This document shows, in pieces, positions 1 through 10,900 of a DNA stretch of 64,000 bases. Numbering within the stretch: position 1 is the first letter of the stretch; each line of letters begins with the position of its first letter. A model generated the notes under the pieces. It was not told the origin of the DNA and ran no database searches. It was given only the letters and a program-made list of their open reading frames with translations. Source of the DNA: a virus. The stretch lies in IMG/VR virus record IMGVR_UViG_3300037155_000072, positions 10,867 to 74,866 of that record; one strand, written 5' to 3'. The translations under genes and the position numbers were made by a program.

Positions 1-204
1 TCTAGCCGGATTGGTTTTCTTTTGGCGATGCAGGCAAGAAAAATGTATAAGGATTTGCGCACGGACGAGGCCCACTCTTTTGAAGCGGATGCGGCGCGAC
101 TGGAGCAAGAAGCTCAGTGGAAGATGGACCCCCCGACCTACATGCCCCCGCAGGTTAACGACATGAATAACATCCGGGACAAGGCCGATTACGACATTCG
201 ATGA
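1..204 (+). CDS. Partial virion protein (probable tail adaptor / tail tubular protein A C-terminus)
   Basis: Open from window start; ATGA-coupled to next tail gene; positional inference. Confidence 0.45.
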   Translation, partial: SSRIGFLLAMQARKMYKDLRTDEAHSFEADAARLEQEAQWKMDPPTYMPPQVNDMNNIRDKADYDIR

Positions 205-2210
205 ACGCGGCCCAGATACAAATTGACTGGGACATGACATTCTTCCGAGGTGCGAAGTCGGACCAGGACCCTTCTTCTCTCCCGCAGGGATATTATTTCA
301 CCGGGCTGAATATGCTCAACGTGGGCGGCGTTCTCTCGACCCGGCCCGGGTATAACTGCGTCGTGAAGCTAGCGGACGGGCGACTCCAGGGCGCGGCATT
401 GTTCCGGCCTATCTTGGGACTTGAGCAGATTCTCGTAGCAATCCAGGGGCAGGTTTTCGTTTCTACATTCCCCTTCGAGACTTTTGCGCTCGTGCCCAAC
501 ATAACACTTTCCCCCAGCGCCAAGCAGGTTTTTTGGGCTCAGTGTTTGCAAGCGGCGATGCGAACCTCGCCAGGGCTTGTCTCTGCAATCACTCTGATTC
601 CCCCCAAAGCAATCATGTTCATCACGGACGGGGCCGAGTCGGCTCCCGCGTGGTATGACGGTGCGAACGCCGGTCAGGTCAGTGGGAATTCCCTGGACAC
701 TCCCGGCGGCGGCCCGATGGCTTGGGTTGGAGACCGGCTATGGATTGGGCGGGACAACCAAGTATTTGCGTCCGACATTGCCAACCCATTTAGCTTCCGC
801 GAGAGAGTATATCTCGGCGGAAGTGAATCGTTTTACTTCAACGGAGAAGTCACCGCCTTAGTTCCTACTCCGTCTGTTGAGTCTCCCCAGCTTTTCGTAT
901 TCACCGCGCAGAACGGCTCAATCATCCAGGCGAATATCCGAGACCGGACTCAGTGGCCGATTACCCCGGATTTCCAAAGCGAGGTTATTCAAGTGGGCTG
1001 CCGCGCGCCACGTTCGGCAAAGTCCCACTACGGTCATTTGATTTGGTTTTCGCAGTCGGGCGTTGCAATTTACGACCCGGCCACTTCTGGAAAACTGACA
1101 GCGCGCTTGCCCGTCCGAGACAATGAAATGCTGGCCAGCAAAGCGTATATCGACAACGATGTCAGCCTAGTCGCCGGAGGGACGTTCGGACAGTTTTTCA
1201 TGATGAGTGTCCCGAGTGAAGATATTTTCAACAAGCACACCTGGGTCATGAACAACGCTAGCTTCGCAACTCTGAACGATGATTCAGGCCCCTCGTGGGC
1301 CGGGCTATGGACGGGAACGCGGCCGGTAGAGTGGGTGTGCGGGGAGATTGCCGGGGTAGAACGCGCGTTCTATGTTTCGGTGGACGTAGACGGTCACAAC
1401 CGTCTTTGGGAAGCTTTTCAACCGAACCGCCTAGACAATGGTTGCCCGATTACGTGGGCAGTTGAAACCCGTTCGCACTTCGGTATTACCTCCTCGAATC
1501 CCCAGAAGCCCCCGGGCTCCCGATGCCGCCTGACCTGGATGGACGTTGCTTTGGCCGGGGTTCCTGAAGACCTGGACATTGCTGTATTTTTCGCTGGCGG
1601 ACCTCGGGGTGCATATCGCCCCATGCTCACGAAGCAGCTCTCGATTCAGCGCGGCAGCCTGGACTCCGGCCAAGAAATCACAATGGCGTCCTCGCTCTTT
1701 GCTTTCAAGCCTCAATCTCGGGTGGTTCGGACTGAGGACGCAAATAACCAAGCGGCCGACCCGCTTGCGGGCTCGTGCGGAGTCGAGAGAATCGACAACG
1801 ACAACGTAGATGAGAGCTTTCAATTTCTGATTGTAGGGCATGGCCCGGCGACCATTCGCTGGATTCGCTCCTTCGCTTATCCGGTGCCCGAAGACACGGC
1901 TGGCGATGGGCTGGCGTGTTCTGATGAAACGCGTTTAAACGCCGTGCGGTTCGATGGCGTTGCCGCAGCGGCGGATGACATAGGGTCCCTAATCGCCGAG
2001 CTCAGCACCGCGACAACCCAGGGTTTCTTTTCGAATCAGACACAGGTTTTGCGCAACGGTGATTTTAGTGCGGTGGGCGTGGGCTCCGCAGAGAGCATCG
2101 TCTCGCAAAAGGCGGCCGACAGGGTTGCCACGATTGTAGCTACACAACAGGCTCAGGCGGAGCTTGACTCCGTGGTGCCGCCCGTTTTATCGGTTGGGCT
2201 TGGATTATGA
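201..2210 (+). CDS. Tail tubular protein B / nozzle-like (P22 gp10-like stabilization) protein
   Basis: 669 aa, beta-rich propeller-like; N-terminal F.GA.SD..P and 'N.L..GGVL.TRPG'; precedes ejection genes. Confidence 0.65.
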   Translation: MNAAQIQIDWDMTFFRGAKSDQDPSSLPQGYYFTGLNMLNVGGVLSTRPGYNCVVKLADGRLQGAALFRPILGLEQILVAIQGQVFVSTFPFETFALVPNITLSPSAKQVFWAQCLQAAMRTSPGLVSAITLIPPKAIMFITDGAESAPAWYDGANAGQVSGNSLDTPGGGPMAWVGDRLWIGRDNQVFASDIANPFSFRERVYLGGSESFYFNGEVTALVPTPSVESPQLFVFTAQNGSIIQANIRDRTQWPITPDFQSEVIQVGCRAPRSAKSHYGHLIWFSQSGVAIYDPATSGKLTARLPVRDNEMLASKAYIDNDVSLVAGGTFGQFFMMSVPSEDIFNKHTWVMNNASFATLNDDSGPSWAGLWTGTRPVEWVCGEIAGVERAFYVSVDVDGHNRLWEAFQPNRLDNGCPITWAVETRSHFGITSSNPQKPPGSRCRLTWMDVALAGVPEDLDIAVFFAGGPRGAYRPMLTKQLSIQRGSLDSGQEITMASSLFAFKPQSRVVRTEDANNQAADPLAGSCGVERIDNDNVDESFQFLIVGHGPATIRWIRSFAYPVPEDTAGDGLACSDETRLNAVRFDGVAAAADDIGSLIAELSTATTQGFFSNQTQVLRNGDFSAVGVGSAESIVSQKAADRVATIVATQQAQAELDSVVPPVLSVGLGL

Positions 2211-3292
2211 ACACAATCCTGGAAATGCTTTTTCTCCGTCGCCCGCGCATTGAATACGTGTCGTCGCCGGTTTGTCCAATTCACTTCAGTGCCAGCGGAA
2301 CCGCTTTTTTTGACCAATGCTTCAACGACTTGGCCTTCTGCTCCGGAGTGAATATTAACGGCAATTTTCTAAACTTCCAGGAACCTTCAGATGGGCTTGC
2401 CTACAACGTCTACGTTTCTACGCAACCGTCCGGGCAGCCATTTCAGATTATGAATGACGGTCTGCTCCCCGGGCAGGCCGTGGTTTTCACAGACGGAATT
2501 TACTGGTTCACGATTAACACCCCCGCCGGGGAGTCACTACCATTCCCTTCTACGGCTGCTCCGGGAGGAGTGTATGTTATCCTTCAAATTCCAAAAACTT
2601 CTGATGCCGGGAGTTGGAATCTTTACCGCAGTGGAGTGAAGTTGATTTCTTCGTTTACCGGCACTGTCGTAGAATGTTCAGTTGAGGGCTGGTATCAGGC
2701 GACGAAAATTACCGTAGACGGAGAAACCCCCTTGTCTGGGTGTCATCCGATTTTATTGGGCGTTCCGGCTCCGCCTCCTCCGCCCCCACCTCCCGGTCCC
2801 AACTGGGATGTAGCTACTGAAATTGCGGCTTGGCAGGTCTACACGGGAGATTTTGGCGGGACGTTTCCTCCAGTCGTTTCCTACGGCATGACAGGCCCCG
2901 GGTTTAACAAGGCGGGATTTTCCACCATTACGGCGGGTCTTAATTTTAACTACGCGTGCTATTCCTGGCAGGGGTCTCTCTTCTATACCGGTCCGGATGC
3001 ACACTGTCGGCTGACGCTGGCAGTCACGACGGATTCTCTAAGTGGTATTGTCTTCTGGGTTGGGCCGTTTCTAGGGACCGGGCTCGCCTCCTACATCTCA
3101 ACTGTCGGACAGGGCGGTGCTGCAATAATCCCGAACGCCCCGTCCGGGGTTTACGTTCAGGATTTCTTCGTCCCCTCCGGACCGTTTACTTTGTTCTTTA
3201 ATCTAAGCGGATGCACTGGACCTAAACCCGGTCCCGGGCCGGGGTTCAGCTCCTCACTAAACGTATCCCTAATGTTCGAAAACATTCCCTAA
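2207..3292 (+). CDS. Virion structural / tail-associated protein
   Basis: Beta-rich, poly-Pro linker, tail module context. Confidence 0.45.
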   Translation: MNTILEMLFLRRPRIEYVSSPVCPIHFSASGTAFFDQCFNDLAFCSGVNINGNFLNFQEPSDGLAYNVYVSTQPSGQPFQIMNDGLLPGQAVVFTDGIYWFTINTPAGESLPFPSTAAPGGVYVILQIPKTSDAGSWNLYRSGVKLISSFTGTVVECSVEGWYQATKITVDGETPLSGCHPILLGVPAPPPPPPPPGPNWDVATEIAAWQVYTGDFGGTFPPVVSYGMTGPGFNKAGFSTITAGLNFNYACYSWQGSLFYTGPDAHCRLTLAVTTDSLSGIVFWVGPFLGTGLASYISTVGQGGAAIIPNAPSGVYVQDFFVPSGPFTLFFNLSGCTGPKPGPGPGFSSSLNVSLMFENIP

Positions 3293-3295
3293 TTT

Positions 3296-4126
3296 ATGTC
3301 ATTAGTCTCAACTAACTTGTTCATTCAGATGGCGCAGTTGCCCGTCACATTCAAAGGCAGCCCACAGGACCTCTCCGTGGAGATGGTGAAGCGCATGCGA
3401 ATCGTGTCGCCCAACGGAGTGAACTTCATTTTCATTGGCGACGTTGCGCCCACATCGAATGTCGGCCCCTGGCTTAGGGGCGGAACGCAGTGGTGGGTCT
3501 GGGATACCGCGACCAACCAATACGTGCCCCTGGACTTAAGCGCGTCGTTCACTACGCCTTTTGCAATCGGGAACAGCACTCCTTCGGCGACCAATCCTCC
3601 GGTGTGGTTGCGGACTACCCAGGACCGGTCAGACGTAAATCCTACCGCTGTCGGGGAGCCGCTCGGCTGGTTTGTTTTCGACGGCGTTTCTTGGGTGCCG
3701 TTCAACAGTCTTGTGAATTCTGGCGGCACCGCTGGCAGACCCTCGAATCCGGTTAATTTGCAGCAGTATTTCGATTCAGACATCGGAACCCTTATATGGT
3801 TCGAAGGCGGGAACTGGAAAACGGTGGACGGTGTGCGAGGGGATTTGAAGTTCGTTACGGCGGCGACCGCGGCCGCTGCCCTACTGCCTAACCCGGGGTG
3901 GGCGATTGCTGTGAGTCAGTTTCCCCAGTTCGCGGGATTAGCTCCCGTGACGGCTACGAGCGACCCCGGTTTAGCGCCAGCTTTCACAATCGCACCGTCC
4001 GCCGGGGCCGCCGCGCAACCACAGGGTGCGGTTGTCGGAACCGGTCCGCAACTCTTGCAAATTAACCCCCTCTCGGCCTTGGCCTACACGCCAACTATTG
4101 CCCTCCACCTTCTAGTCAAGCTGTAA
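3296..4126 (+). CDS. Tail fibre-like protein
   Basis: Repeated 'P....PW..' and 'FDG.SW' fibre-type segments; context. Confidence 0.5.
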   Translation: MSLVSTNLFIQMAQLPVTFKGSPQDLSVEMVKRMRIVSPNGVNFIFIGDVAPTSNVGPWLRGGTQWWVWDTATNQYVPLDLSASFTTPFAIGNSTPSATNPPVWLRTTQDRSDVNPTAVGEPLGWFVFDGVSWVPFNSLVNSGGTAGRPSNPVNLQQYFDSDIGTLIWFEGGNWKTVDGVRGDLKFVTAATAAAALLPNPGWAIAVSQFPQFAGLAPVTATSDPGLAPAFTIAPSAGAAAQPQGAVVGTGPQLLQINPLSALAYTPTIALHLLVKL

Positions 4127-4157
4127 GCTACGGGCTGGAGATGCGAGGTAACTACTT
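4127..4157 (+). promoter_or_regulatory. Candidate phage-sigma promoter GCTACG-N15-GTAACTACTT
   Basis: Same bipartite motif and spacing at 15042, 50360, 51975 and 55565; 6 nt before ATG. Confidence 0.55.
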
Positions 4158-4163
4158 GAGTGA

Positions 4164-4604
4164 ATGGTCTATCGTCTGCCCGCGAATCTAGTCAAGCAAG
4201 CCGTCCTGGATGTCGGCACGCGGATGATGCCCGATTTGAAGTATTGGGCTCCGGTGAATCTGGAATTTTTGGGAAACGCCTGGGAGAAAATGTGCGCGCA
4301 CGATTCGTGTCGCGCTTACGGTTTGGATATGGGCGGAGCGACAGTTGGGTTGCTCCTCGGGATGATGATGCCGGACCTGAACTCGGGCTGCCTCCAGGGC
4401 ATCGAGTTTTTCTGGGGAGTGGAAAAGAAATTTCGGTCGCGGGCGGTCGGGCTTCTTCGCAGGTTCGAAAAGGACTGCAAAGAAGCGGGGTGTTTGGTGG
4501 TGGTTGCCGGGGCAATTCAGAGCATGAACCCTGAAAAGATGTTCAAGCTCTATGACCGATTGGGTTACCACTTGCACACGGAAGAATATTTGAAGAGATT
4601 ATGA
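4164..4604 (+). CDS. GNAT-family acetyltransferase
   Basis: E.FW.V...FR....LL..FE..C...GC and LY.RLGY GNAT motifs; T7 gp13-like position before ejection proteins. Confidence 0.75.
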   Translation: MVYRLPANLVKQAVLDVGTRMMPDLKYWAPVNLEFLGNAWEKMCAHDSCRAYGLDMGGATVGLLLGMMMPDLNSGCLQGIEFFWGVEKKFRSRAVGLLRRFEKDCKEAGCLVVVAGAIQSMNPEKMFKLYDRLGYHLHTEEYLKRL

Positions 4605-4927
4605 GCACTTTTATACCGGATTACGGGTTTTTGAACGGCGCCCCTAAAGGATGCAACCGTTGCGGAAGGGTGCTGCCCGCAACCCGAGAGTATTTTCGGG
4701 TTGATAACGCCATAAAGTGCGGGATTGCGCCGCTGTGCCTACGCTGTCAAGTGGACAAGACCGCTTCTGACGCTGCTCGGGACCCGAATGCTGGGAGTGC
4801 GCGGGTGAGGCGATGGGCGGTGTTCGAGTTGAAACACTCGGAAGAGCAGGAAATCGCTTTTCATTGGTCCAATCAACGTCCCTTGTCCGGAGTCGAAAAC
4901 CGGGCGAAGAGGGATAAAATAATTTAA
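4601..4927 (+). pseudogene. Internally deleted HNH endonuclease relic
   Basis: N-terminal CxxC...CxxC finger joined to HNH C-terminus (FEL...EQ...FHWSNQRPL...ENRAK); the 'DH' catalytic segment is absent. Confidence 0.55.
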
Positions 4928-4939
4928 CGTAACGCATTT

Positions 4940-5950
4940 ATGGGTAGTATCATAGGGGCTGGGGGGGCTATCATGGCAGGCGCGGTGCAGGCTGACGCGG
5001 TAAAAGGCGCAGCGGCCGCGCAACAGGCGTCTCTAACTCAGGAGTTGAATAACATCAACCTGGGGATGGACCCGGCGACAGTCACCGCGATTGCAAACAC
5101 CGCAGGCCAGAACCAAGCGGTGAATCAGCTCGCGCTTCAGAAGCTCGTTGACCCATCTCTTGCGGCGGTTCGCACTGGTGCCAGCGCGGATATAAACAGC
5201 AGCGTCAACGCAATTAATGACCCGAATTCTCAGTCGAATCAGATTGCGACTGCGGCAGTTCAAAACGCTACCACTGGCAGCGCGGGACTTGACCAGGGAA
5301 AGTCGGCATTGATTTCAGCGGCGCTTGACCAGCTCAAAGCCGGGGCCACGTTGCCTCCGGATGTCGAGGCACAGATGATGCAGGCCGGTCTCTCCCAGGG
5401 CGGCTCAGCTACCGGCTCAGCGACCGGCACGGGTATGGGCGGCAACATTCTCCGCACTGTCCTCGGCACCGCAGGACTTAATCTCCAGCAGCAACGGCAG
5501 TCCCAGGCGGCCGGACTTCTCCAGCAGGCCGGTGTGCTCCAGCAGCAAAAGCAGAACACGCTGCAAACACTTTTTCCGTCGCTGGCCCAGACACAGCTTA
5601 GCAACCTCAGCGGCACTCAGGGTGCCCTAGCTCAATCAAATTCTTTAATGCCGAATACCGGCCTCTCCGCTACGCAGACCGCCAATCTTTGGCTACAACG
5701 TGTCGGCGCGCAGAATCAGGTCTACACCGGTCAGGGTGGCGTGAAGGCACAGGGTATTATGGGCCAGGGCCAAGCTTGGTCCCAGGCTATCGGCACCGCG
5801 TCGAGCGACATCGGCTCCGGCGTCAATAGTATGGGCATGGGCGGCATGGGCGGCGGCATGGGCGGAGGCGGAGGCGGCGGCGGCGGCGGCGGTGGCAACA
5901 TCGCGGGTCCTGGCGGCGGCGGCTCTTTTAACTCCTTCAACTACGTTTAA
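4940..5950 (+). CDS. Internal virion / DNA ejection protein
   Basis: Gly/Ala/Gln-rich, hydrophobic N-terminus, GGC-repeat Gly tail; follows GNAT. Confidence 0.6.
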   Translation: MGSIIGAGGAIMAGAVQADAVKGAAAAQQASLTQELNNINLGMDPATVTAIANTAGQNQAVNQLALQKLVDPSLAAVRTGASADINSSVNAINDPNSQSNQIATAAVQNATTGSAGLDQGKSALISAALDQLKAGATLPPDVEAQMMQAGLSQGGSATGSATGTGMGGNILRTVLGTAGLNLQQQRQSQAAGLLQQAGVLQQQKQNTLQTLFPSLAQTQLSNLSGTQGALAQSNSLMPNTGLSATQTANLWLQRVGAQNQVYTGQGGVKAQGIMGQGQAWSQAIGTASSDIGSGVNSMGMGGMGGGMGGGGGGGGGGGGNIAGPGGGGSFNSFNYV

Positions 5951-5952
5951 AC

Positions 5953-7482
5953 ATGGCCTTTGGAAATCAGACGGAACAACCTTTAGTCGCGGGGCTTTCT
6001 TCGCAACCGGCCGTGACGGGACCGGCGAACGTCATCACACCAGACGCTGTAACGGCGCTTGTCGATTCGTTCGGCAAGGGCGTGATAACGGGAGACGATA
6101 TTAACGCGCATTCGGGATTCATGGCGCACTTGCGAGACCGCGCGGAAGCGCAGCGGCTTCAGGAGTCTACCAATCCCCAGTCGGTAGCGGCTCGGCAGGC
6201 CGCCCTGGAGTCCCAGACCGCAAACGCGAATCTCGTCACCGCCCAAGCTGGCGCACAGCAGGCGCAAATCCCCGCGAAGTCCGCCCTAGTCACCGCGCAG
6301 AATCAGAAAGCGCAGTCAGAAGTCTGGAATAAGCGCGCGACGGACGCCTACCTCGAATACAACCCCACGCTCTACAAAGAGGATGGGAGCACCCCAGACG
6401 TTGGAGGCATGGCAGAAGCCGGGCGGCACTATCTCCGCGCGCAGGACGCCTTGACGTATGCGGGCCAGGGTATGGCCAGCACTCCCTCGAAAGAGACTGA
6501 CCCAACCACGAACCAGCCGATTGTGGTGCAGCGAAACTCTATGGGCGAGGACGTTACTCCCCGAGAAGATAATCCGGCCTACACCCACTACCGGGACCTA
6601 CGCCAAAAAGCGATTGAAACCCTTTTCGCTCCGACTAAGCCGCACGCGTCCCGTGATACGGGAACTGAGGTTCCGATTTCAGACGAGCCGCCTTCGGGGA
6701 TGATTACCGCCCCTGGCGGCGCTCCTGCGCCTACGGCAGATTTAGTGTCTCCCGTCACTCCTACGGCTCCCCCATACCCCTCCGTGGGTGCCCCAGCTCC
6801 GGTTTATCAGTCCGGCCAAGGGCGGCCGGTGGGACCTATTCCTGGAACGACAGAACCGGAGACGCGCGCGGAGCTCGCGAAGATGCCCGCCTACGAACAA
6901 TGGGCGCAGAAGGTAGGTAGTATTAACTCTTTTCAATCCGCCGCGCAGAAAAGTATGGCCGATTCTTCGGATACTACTCTCGGGGTGCCGGTTCGAAATC
7001 AATCGGACATCGCCCTGATTAATGCGGTGAAGCAACTAGCTTCGCCCGTGGTATCAGCGAGCACTGGCGGACGGGCGAGTCCAGACCTTCAGGCGAAGGC
7101 TTTGGAGGAGAATATGCCTTCCTGGGAGAGGGCCCAGGATTGGAAGCAGACTTTGCTCCACCAGGGTATTCTGACCGATGGCACGCGCCGCCGGTTAATC
7201 GACATGGGCAACCAATATATCCGGGACAAGGAAACTACGGTCAAGCCGAGTCTGCAATGGGCCGCGAAGAACGCCGGAAGCACTCCCGAAAAGCTTTGGG
7301 GAGATACCTCTTTTGAGGCTCGGCTCCTGCGAGGCGAGAGCTTAGCTTCTGCTCCGGCTGCCCCAGGTGCCGCCGCTCCTGGCGCTGCCCCGGCCGCCGC
7401 CAATTCAGGGGTTGTGATTCTAAAGACGGGGCCGTATGCTGGTTGGAAATATGACGCCCGGACCGGCACCGTTTCTCAATGA
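5953..7482 (+). CDS. Internal virion / DNA ejection protein
   Basis: Ala/Gln/Pro-rich helical protein in ejection module. Confidence 0.55.
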   Translation: MAFGNQTEQPLVAGLSSQPAVTGPANVITPDAVTALVDSFGKGVITGDDINAHSGFMAHLRDRAEAQRLQESTNPQSVAARQAALESQTANANLVTAQAGAQQAQIPAKSALVTAQNQKAQSEVWNKRATDAYLEYNPTLYKEDGSTPDVGGMAEAGRHYLRAQDALTYAGQGMASTPSKETDPTTNQPIVVQRNSMGEDVTPREDNPAYTHYRDLRQKAIETLFAPTKPHASRDTGTEVPISDEPPSGMITAPGGAPAPTADLVSPVTPTAPPYPSVGAPAPVYQSGQGRPVGPIPGTTEPETRAELAKMPAYEQWAQKVGSINSFQSAAQKSMADSSDTTLGVPVRNQSDIALINAVKQLASPVVSASTGGRASPDLQAKALEENMPSWERAQDWKQTLLHQGILTDGTRRRLIDMGNQYIRDKETTVKPSLQWAAKNAGSTPEKLWGDTSFEARLLRGESLASAPAAPGAAAPGAAPAAANSGVVILKTGPYAGWKYDARTGTVSQ

Positions 7483-7489
7483 GAATATG

Positions 7490-7885
7490 TCACACTCTTT
7501 GGTTCGCCAACGCTGCATTTTGGACAAGTTCGTCTGCGTCCTCCGTGTCCTGACCTTCGCCAAGGAAGTGGCAGCGCAGGAAAAATTTAATTTCACACGG
7601 GGAGAATCCGGCATCATCCAGGGAACTCCAAAGCCAGCTATCATGTTGGCTCGAACCGGGCTGGCAACTATCAATCGCGGCGTGACTGCACCCCTCCATA
7701 ATATTGAAAGCCAGGGTATGGCGGGCAGCCGCCTCATCTCCCTTTCGCTCCTGTTTAGCAAGCTGCGCCTGGGGGGAAGGACGCTTTTCAAACTCGGCCA
7801 AAACCCGGTCAATGCGCTTGTTCCGGCGATTGTAGCCCCAGACATAGCAGAATATTATGACGGCCCAAAATGCGGTTACATGCAT
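7490..7885 (-). CDS. Membrane-anchored hypothetical protein (moron-like, antisense)
   Basis: N-terminal hydrophobic segment followed by basic residues; own promoter TTGACA-N17-TAGTTT 6 nt upstream of ATG. Confidence 0.6.
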   Translation of the reverse strand: MHVTAFWAVIIFCYVWGYNRRNKRIDRVLAEFEKRPSPQAQLAKQERKGDEAAARHTLAFNIMEGCSHAAIDSCQPGSSQHDSWLWSSLDDAGFSPCEIKFFLRCHFLGEGQDTEDADELVQNAALANQRV

Positions 7886-7891
7886 GCCTAA

Positions 7892-7920
7892 AAACTACCT
7901 GAGTTGCCGGAATATGTCAA
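7892..7920 (-). promoter_or_regulatory. Sigma70-type promoter (leaderless)
   Basis: TTGACA-17 nt-TAGTTT-6 nt-ATG on minus strand. Confidence 0.6.
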
Positions 7921-7951
7921 CCCCAATCTTACGATTTCAGGAATCCTAATA

Positions 7952-10900
7952 ATGCCTAACGACGTTCCTAATGTGCCGATTTCGACGCCCCCAGCGCCCG
8001 CTCCGGACATTACCCAGGGCATGTTTTCTGCCGCCCAGCTCCAGGCACCCCTCCCCGAGACGCCCGCCCCCGCCGCGCCGGTAAAATATACCCCGACGGC
8101 CCAGGAACTCGCCTCGGCCGCTCCGGTTGCCCCGGCCGCGCCCGTGAAGTATTCTCCGACTGCCGCAGAGCTCTCCAGCGCCACTCCGGTTGCCCCGCCC
8201 AGCGCCCTCGAAGTGATGACGCCGGAGCAACTCGTTGCTGAGGCAAAAGCAAACCCCAAAAAATTTGACCCAATCTCCGCATTCCAGGCGTTGCCAGCCC
8301 AGAAGCAGACCGAGCTTTTCGATAAGGCCGCTGAGACATATTACCAGCTTCTACAGGCCGGGCACTTCACGCCAAGCCTGGTGGACATGCTTACGAACGT
8401 AGGAAAAGGAATTAAGGACCTTGCGTTGACTGGCGCGACTCTCGCAAATATCGGTTTGGGTGCTGCGGTATCAGCCGGAGCAGAACCGGACCCTTCCACT
8501 TTTCGCGGTGCTCTCTCTTTACAGACTCAACAGCAATCCGGAGAATTCCTGGCGGGCCAAAAGGTTGCGGCGCTCGGGATTGGGCAGATGCTCACCAAGG
8601 GAGCAGCTTGGGCTGCACGCGGGCTGCACCTTACTAAGGGCCTTCAGGACTACACTCCGGAGGATAAGTGGAACGCTTTTGCGACGGAGCTTGCGACGCG
8701 AAACGGAATGGCCAACGTCGTGAAGCAGGGCATCAGCCCAGAAGCCGCTGCGAACCTCGCGAAACAAGGATACCCACTTCGCCCGGAAAAAGTGGAAGAA
8801 GCCGCCTCCGGCTCGCCCTTTGCCTGGGAATTTGCGGGAAAGCTTTTCGGTGGTGCTACCGGAATGGTCGCGGACTCCGCCACTCCCCTACTCGCGACGC
8901 TCGCGGGAGATACATCTGAAGCGGGCCTTGCGAGTGCCCGGGCGGCAATTCATTCTATTCCCTCGATTGCGTCCGAAGCCTCGACAAAAGTCGTGGGCGG
9001 AGCACTCAAAGCTGCCGGGAAAGCGGGCGAATTTACGGCAGAGAAAATCGAACCTCTCGTTACGCCCATCGCGAAAGTGGCGGGTATGGCAGGCGGTGCT
9101 TTTGCAGGTCATCACATCGGCGGACCCTGGACTATTCCGTTGGGTATCGCGGAAGGTCTGGAAAAGGGCGGAAAGCTCGGGGAGAAAATTTCGACGGGCG
9201 TAGCGAAGGCGGGTGGGAAGCTGGCCGACCTAGCGGACATGGGAAAACAGATTGCAACCGGCGAAGGCGTGTCATCCAACACCGCGCAGTTCGTTAGAGA
9301 CGTAGCACAGGCCGCACCGGGTGCCCTGGCGCACGTAGGCGCAGGTGTGGCGATGGACGTAGGTCTCGGGGCAGCAACCACCGAAACACCCGGTGAACGC
9401 GCCAACATTACCCCGTTCGGGACAGTTCTCGGCGGTGTCGGTGCCGCGAAAGGCGTTGCGGGTCGGGCGATTAGCGGCCACATTATCGCGCCTCGGGCTT
9501 GGGGAAGTGAGGGAGTCCCACAACGTCCGGATACCTTTACGCAGAATTTTCCCGCGCTCAACGCGGAGCATACAGACGCCATGGCGAATGCTCCTGTTGG
9601 AGTGCAGCAACGCTTCAACGCGGTTCAGAAGTTTGTGGACGGCGCTGCCCCGGGCACCCAGATAGTTTATGCGCCGAGGCCGGAAGTCGGACACGAGGAC
9701 ACGTTGCCCGCCGCGCTTCAGCAGTCGGGAATAAACCCGAAATTCGCGGCCCGGGATGGCTTTTCAACCAAGGTGCAAGGCACCGATGGCAAAACCCACA
9801 ATATTGTTGTAGTTCGTGATATGGAAGCCGCGCCACACGAGGCTCGGCACGCGATGGACGACGTTATAGGAGCTGGAGCGACCGCCGATTTAAATGCCAC
9901 CGCGAAGCAAGAATTCGCTGACAAGTGGGATGCGTTTAAACAAAGGTATGCGGACCGGCTCACGCCCACCGGACTTCCGACCTCAGACCCGAACGGGACA
10001 ATCCTACGAGAGTCCGGATACGGAGACGCAGCCGCAAAAGAGAAAATTATCTCACAAGCGCGAGACGCGTTAGGCCCTAATGCTACCGAAGCGCAGGTGC
10101 ATGCCGAAGCGGGGAAAGCAATTACCGACTTACGGGGGCAGGCGCAAGCTGCCGGACAGGAATTGTGGCAGCACGTGCTCACTCCTGACGAGCAGTCGAA
10201 TCAGGTGGACCAATATGTAGGCAGCGAAGTCCGCGCGGAGCATCACGATGCTTGGTTCAAGGCCGGGCAGCCCGGCACGATGCGGGGCAAGATGGGAATG
10301 TTGGGCGGCCGCGTGTTATCGGCGCTCGGGATTAACCCCGTCGAAGGCCGTTCCTCTACCTATGGCACGCCGCTCGAAGGCTCTCTCGTTTCCCAGGCAC
10401 AAAAGACTGCGCCTAAAGGGGTGATGGCTCCCGAGGCACCTGCCCCGGAAGGCAGTGACGCCGCCCATCAGAAAGGTGTAGTGAACGCCCAGAAGGCCGC
10501 CGCCGAAGCCTCGGGGCAACCCGTCGCGGGAGCGGTCAAATCCCAAAAGGAAGTTCTCGGAATTGTGGCCGAAGCAATCGCGCGCAAGCAAGGCGTTAAG
10601 CTGACCAAGCTCTCCGCCCCCGAAGAGCCCGCCGCTTCTCTGACCTCCGACCGCGAGACCCGCAGGCAGATGATTGAGACATATCGCACGATGCCCGATG
10701 CGGCGAAAAAGCTTTGGGGCAAACTCTTTTTCCCGACTGATGTCCCGGTGCCGGGGCGCGGGGGGAATCTACAAATTTTCGGTTATAGCCCCGAAGTATT
10801 CGCCGCCAACGCGCACAAGACTGCCGAGGCAATGAACACCCTCGCCGACAAAGGCTCGAACCTTTCGCCCTACGAATTGGACCCGGCGACAAAATCATTC

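Noticed and set aside
7436-7891. + strand 151-aa ORF
   Set aside because: The antisense ORF has a promoter and TM signal; this one looks like its shadow
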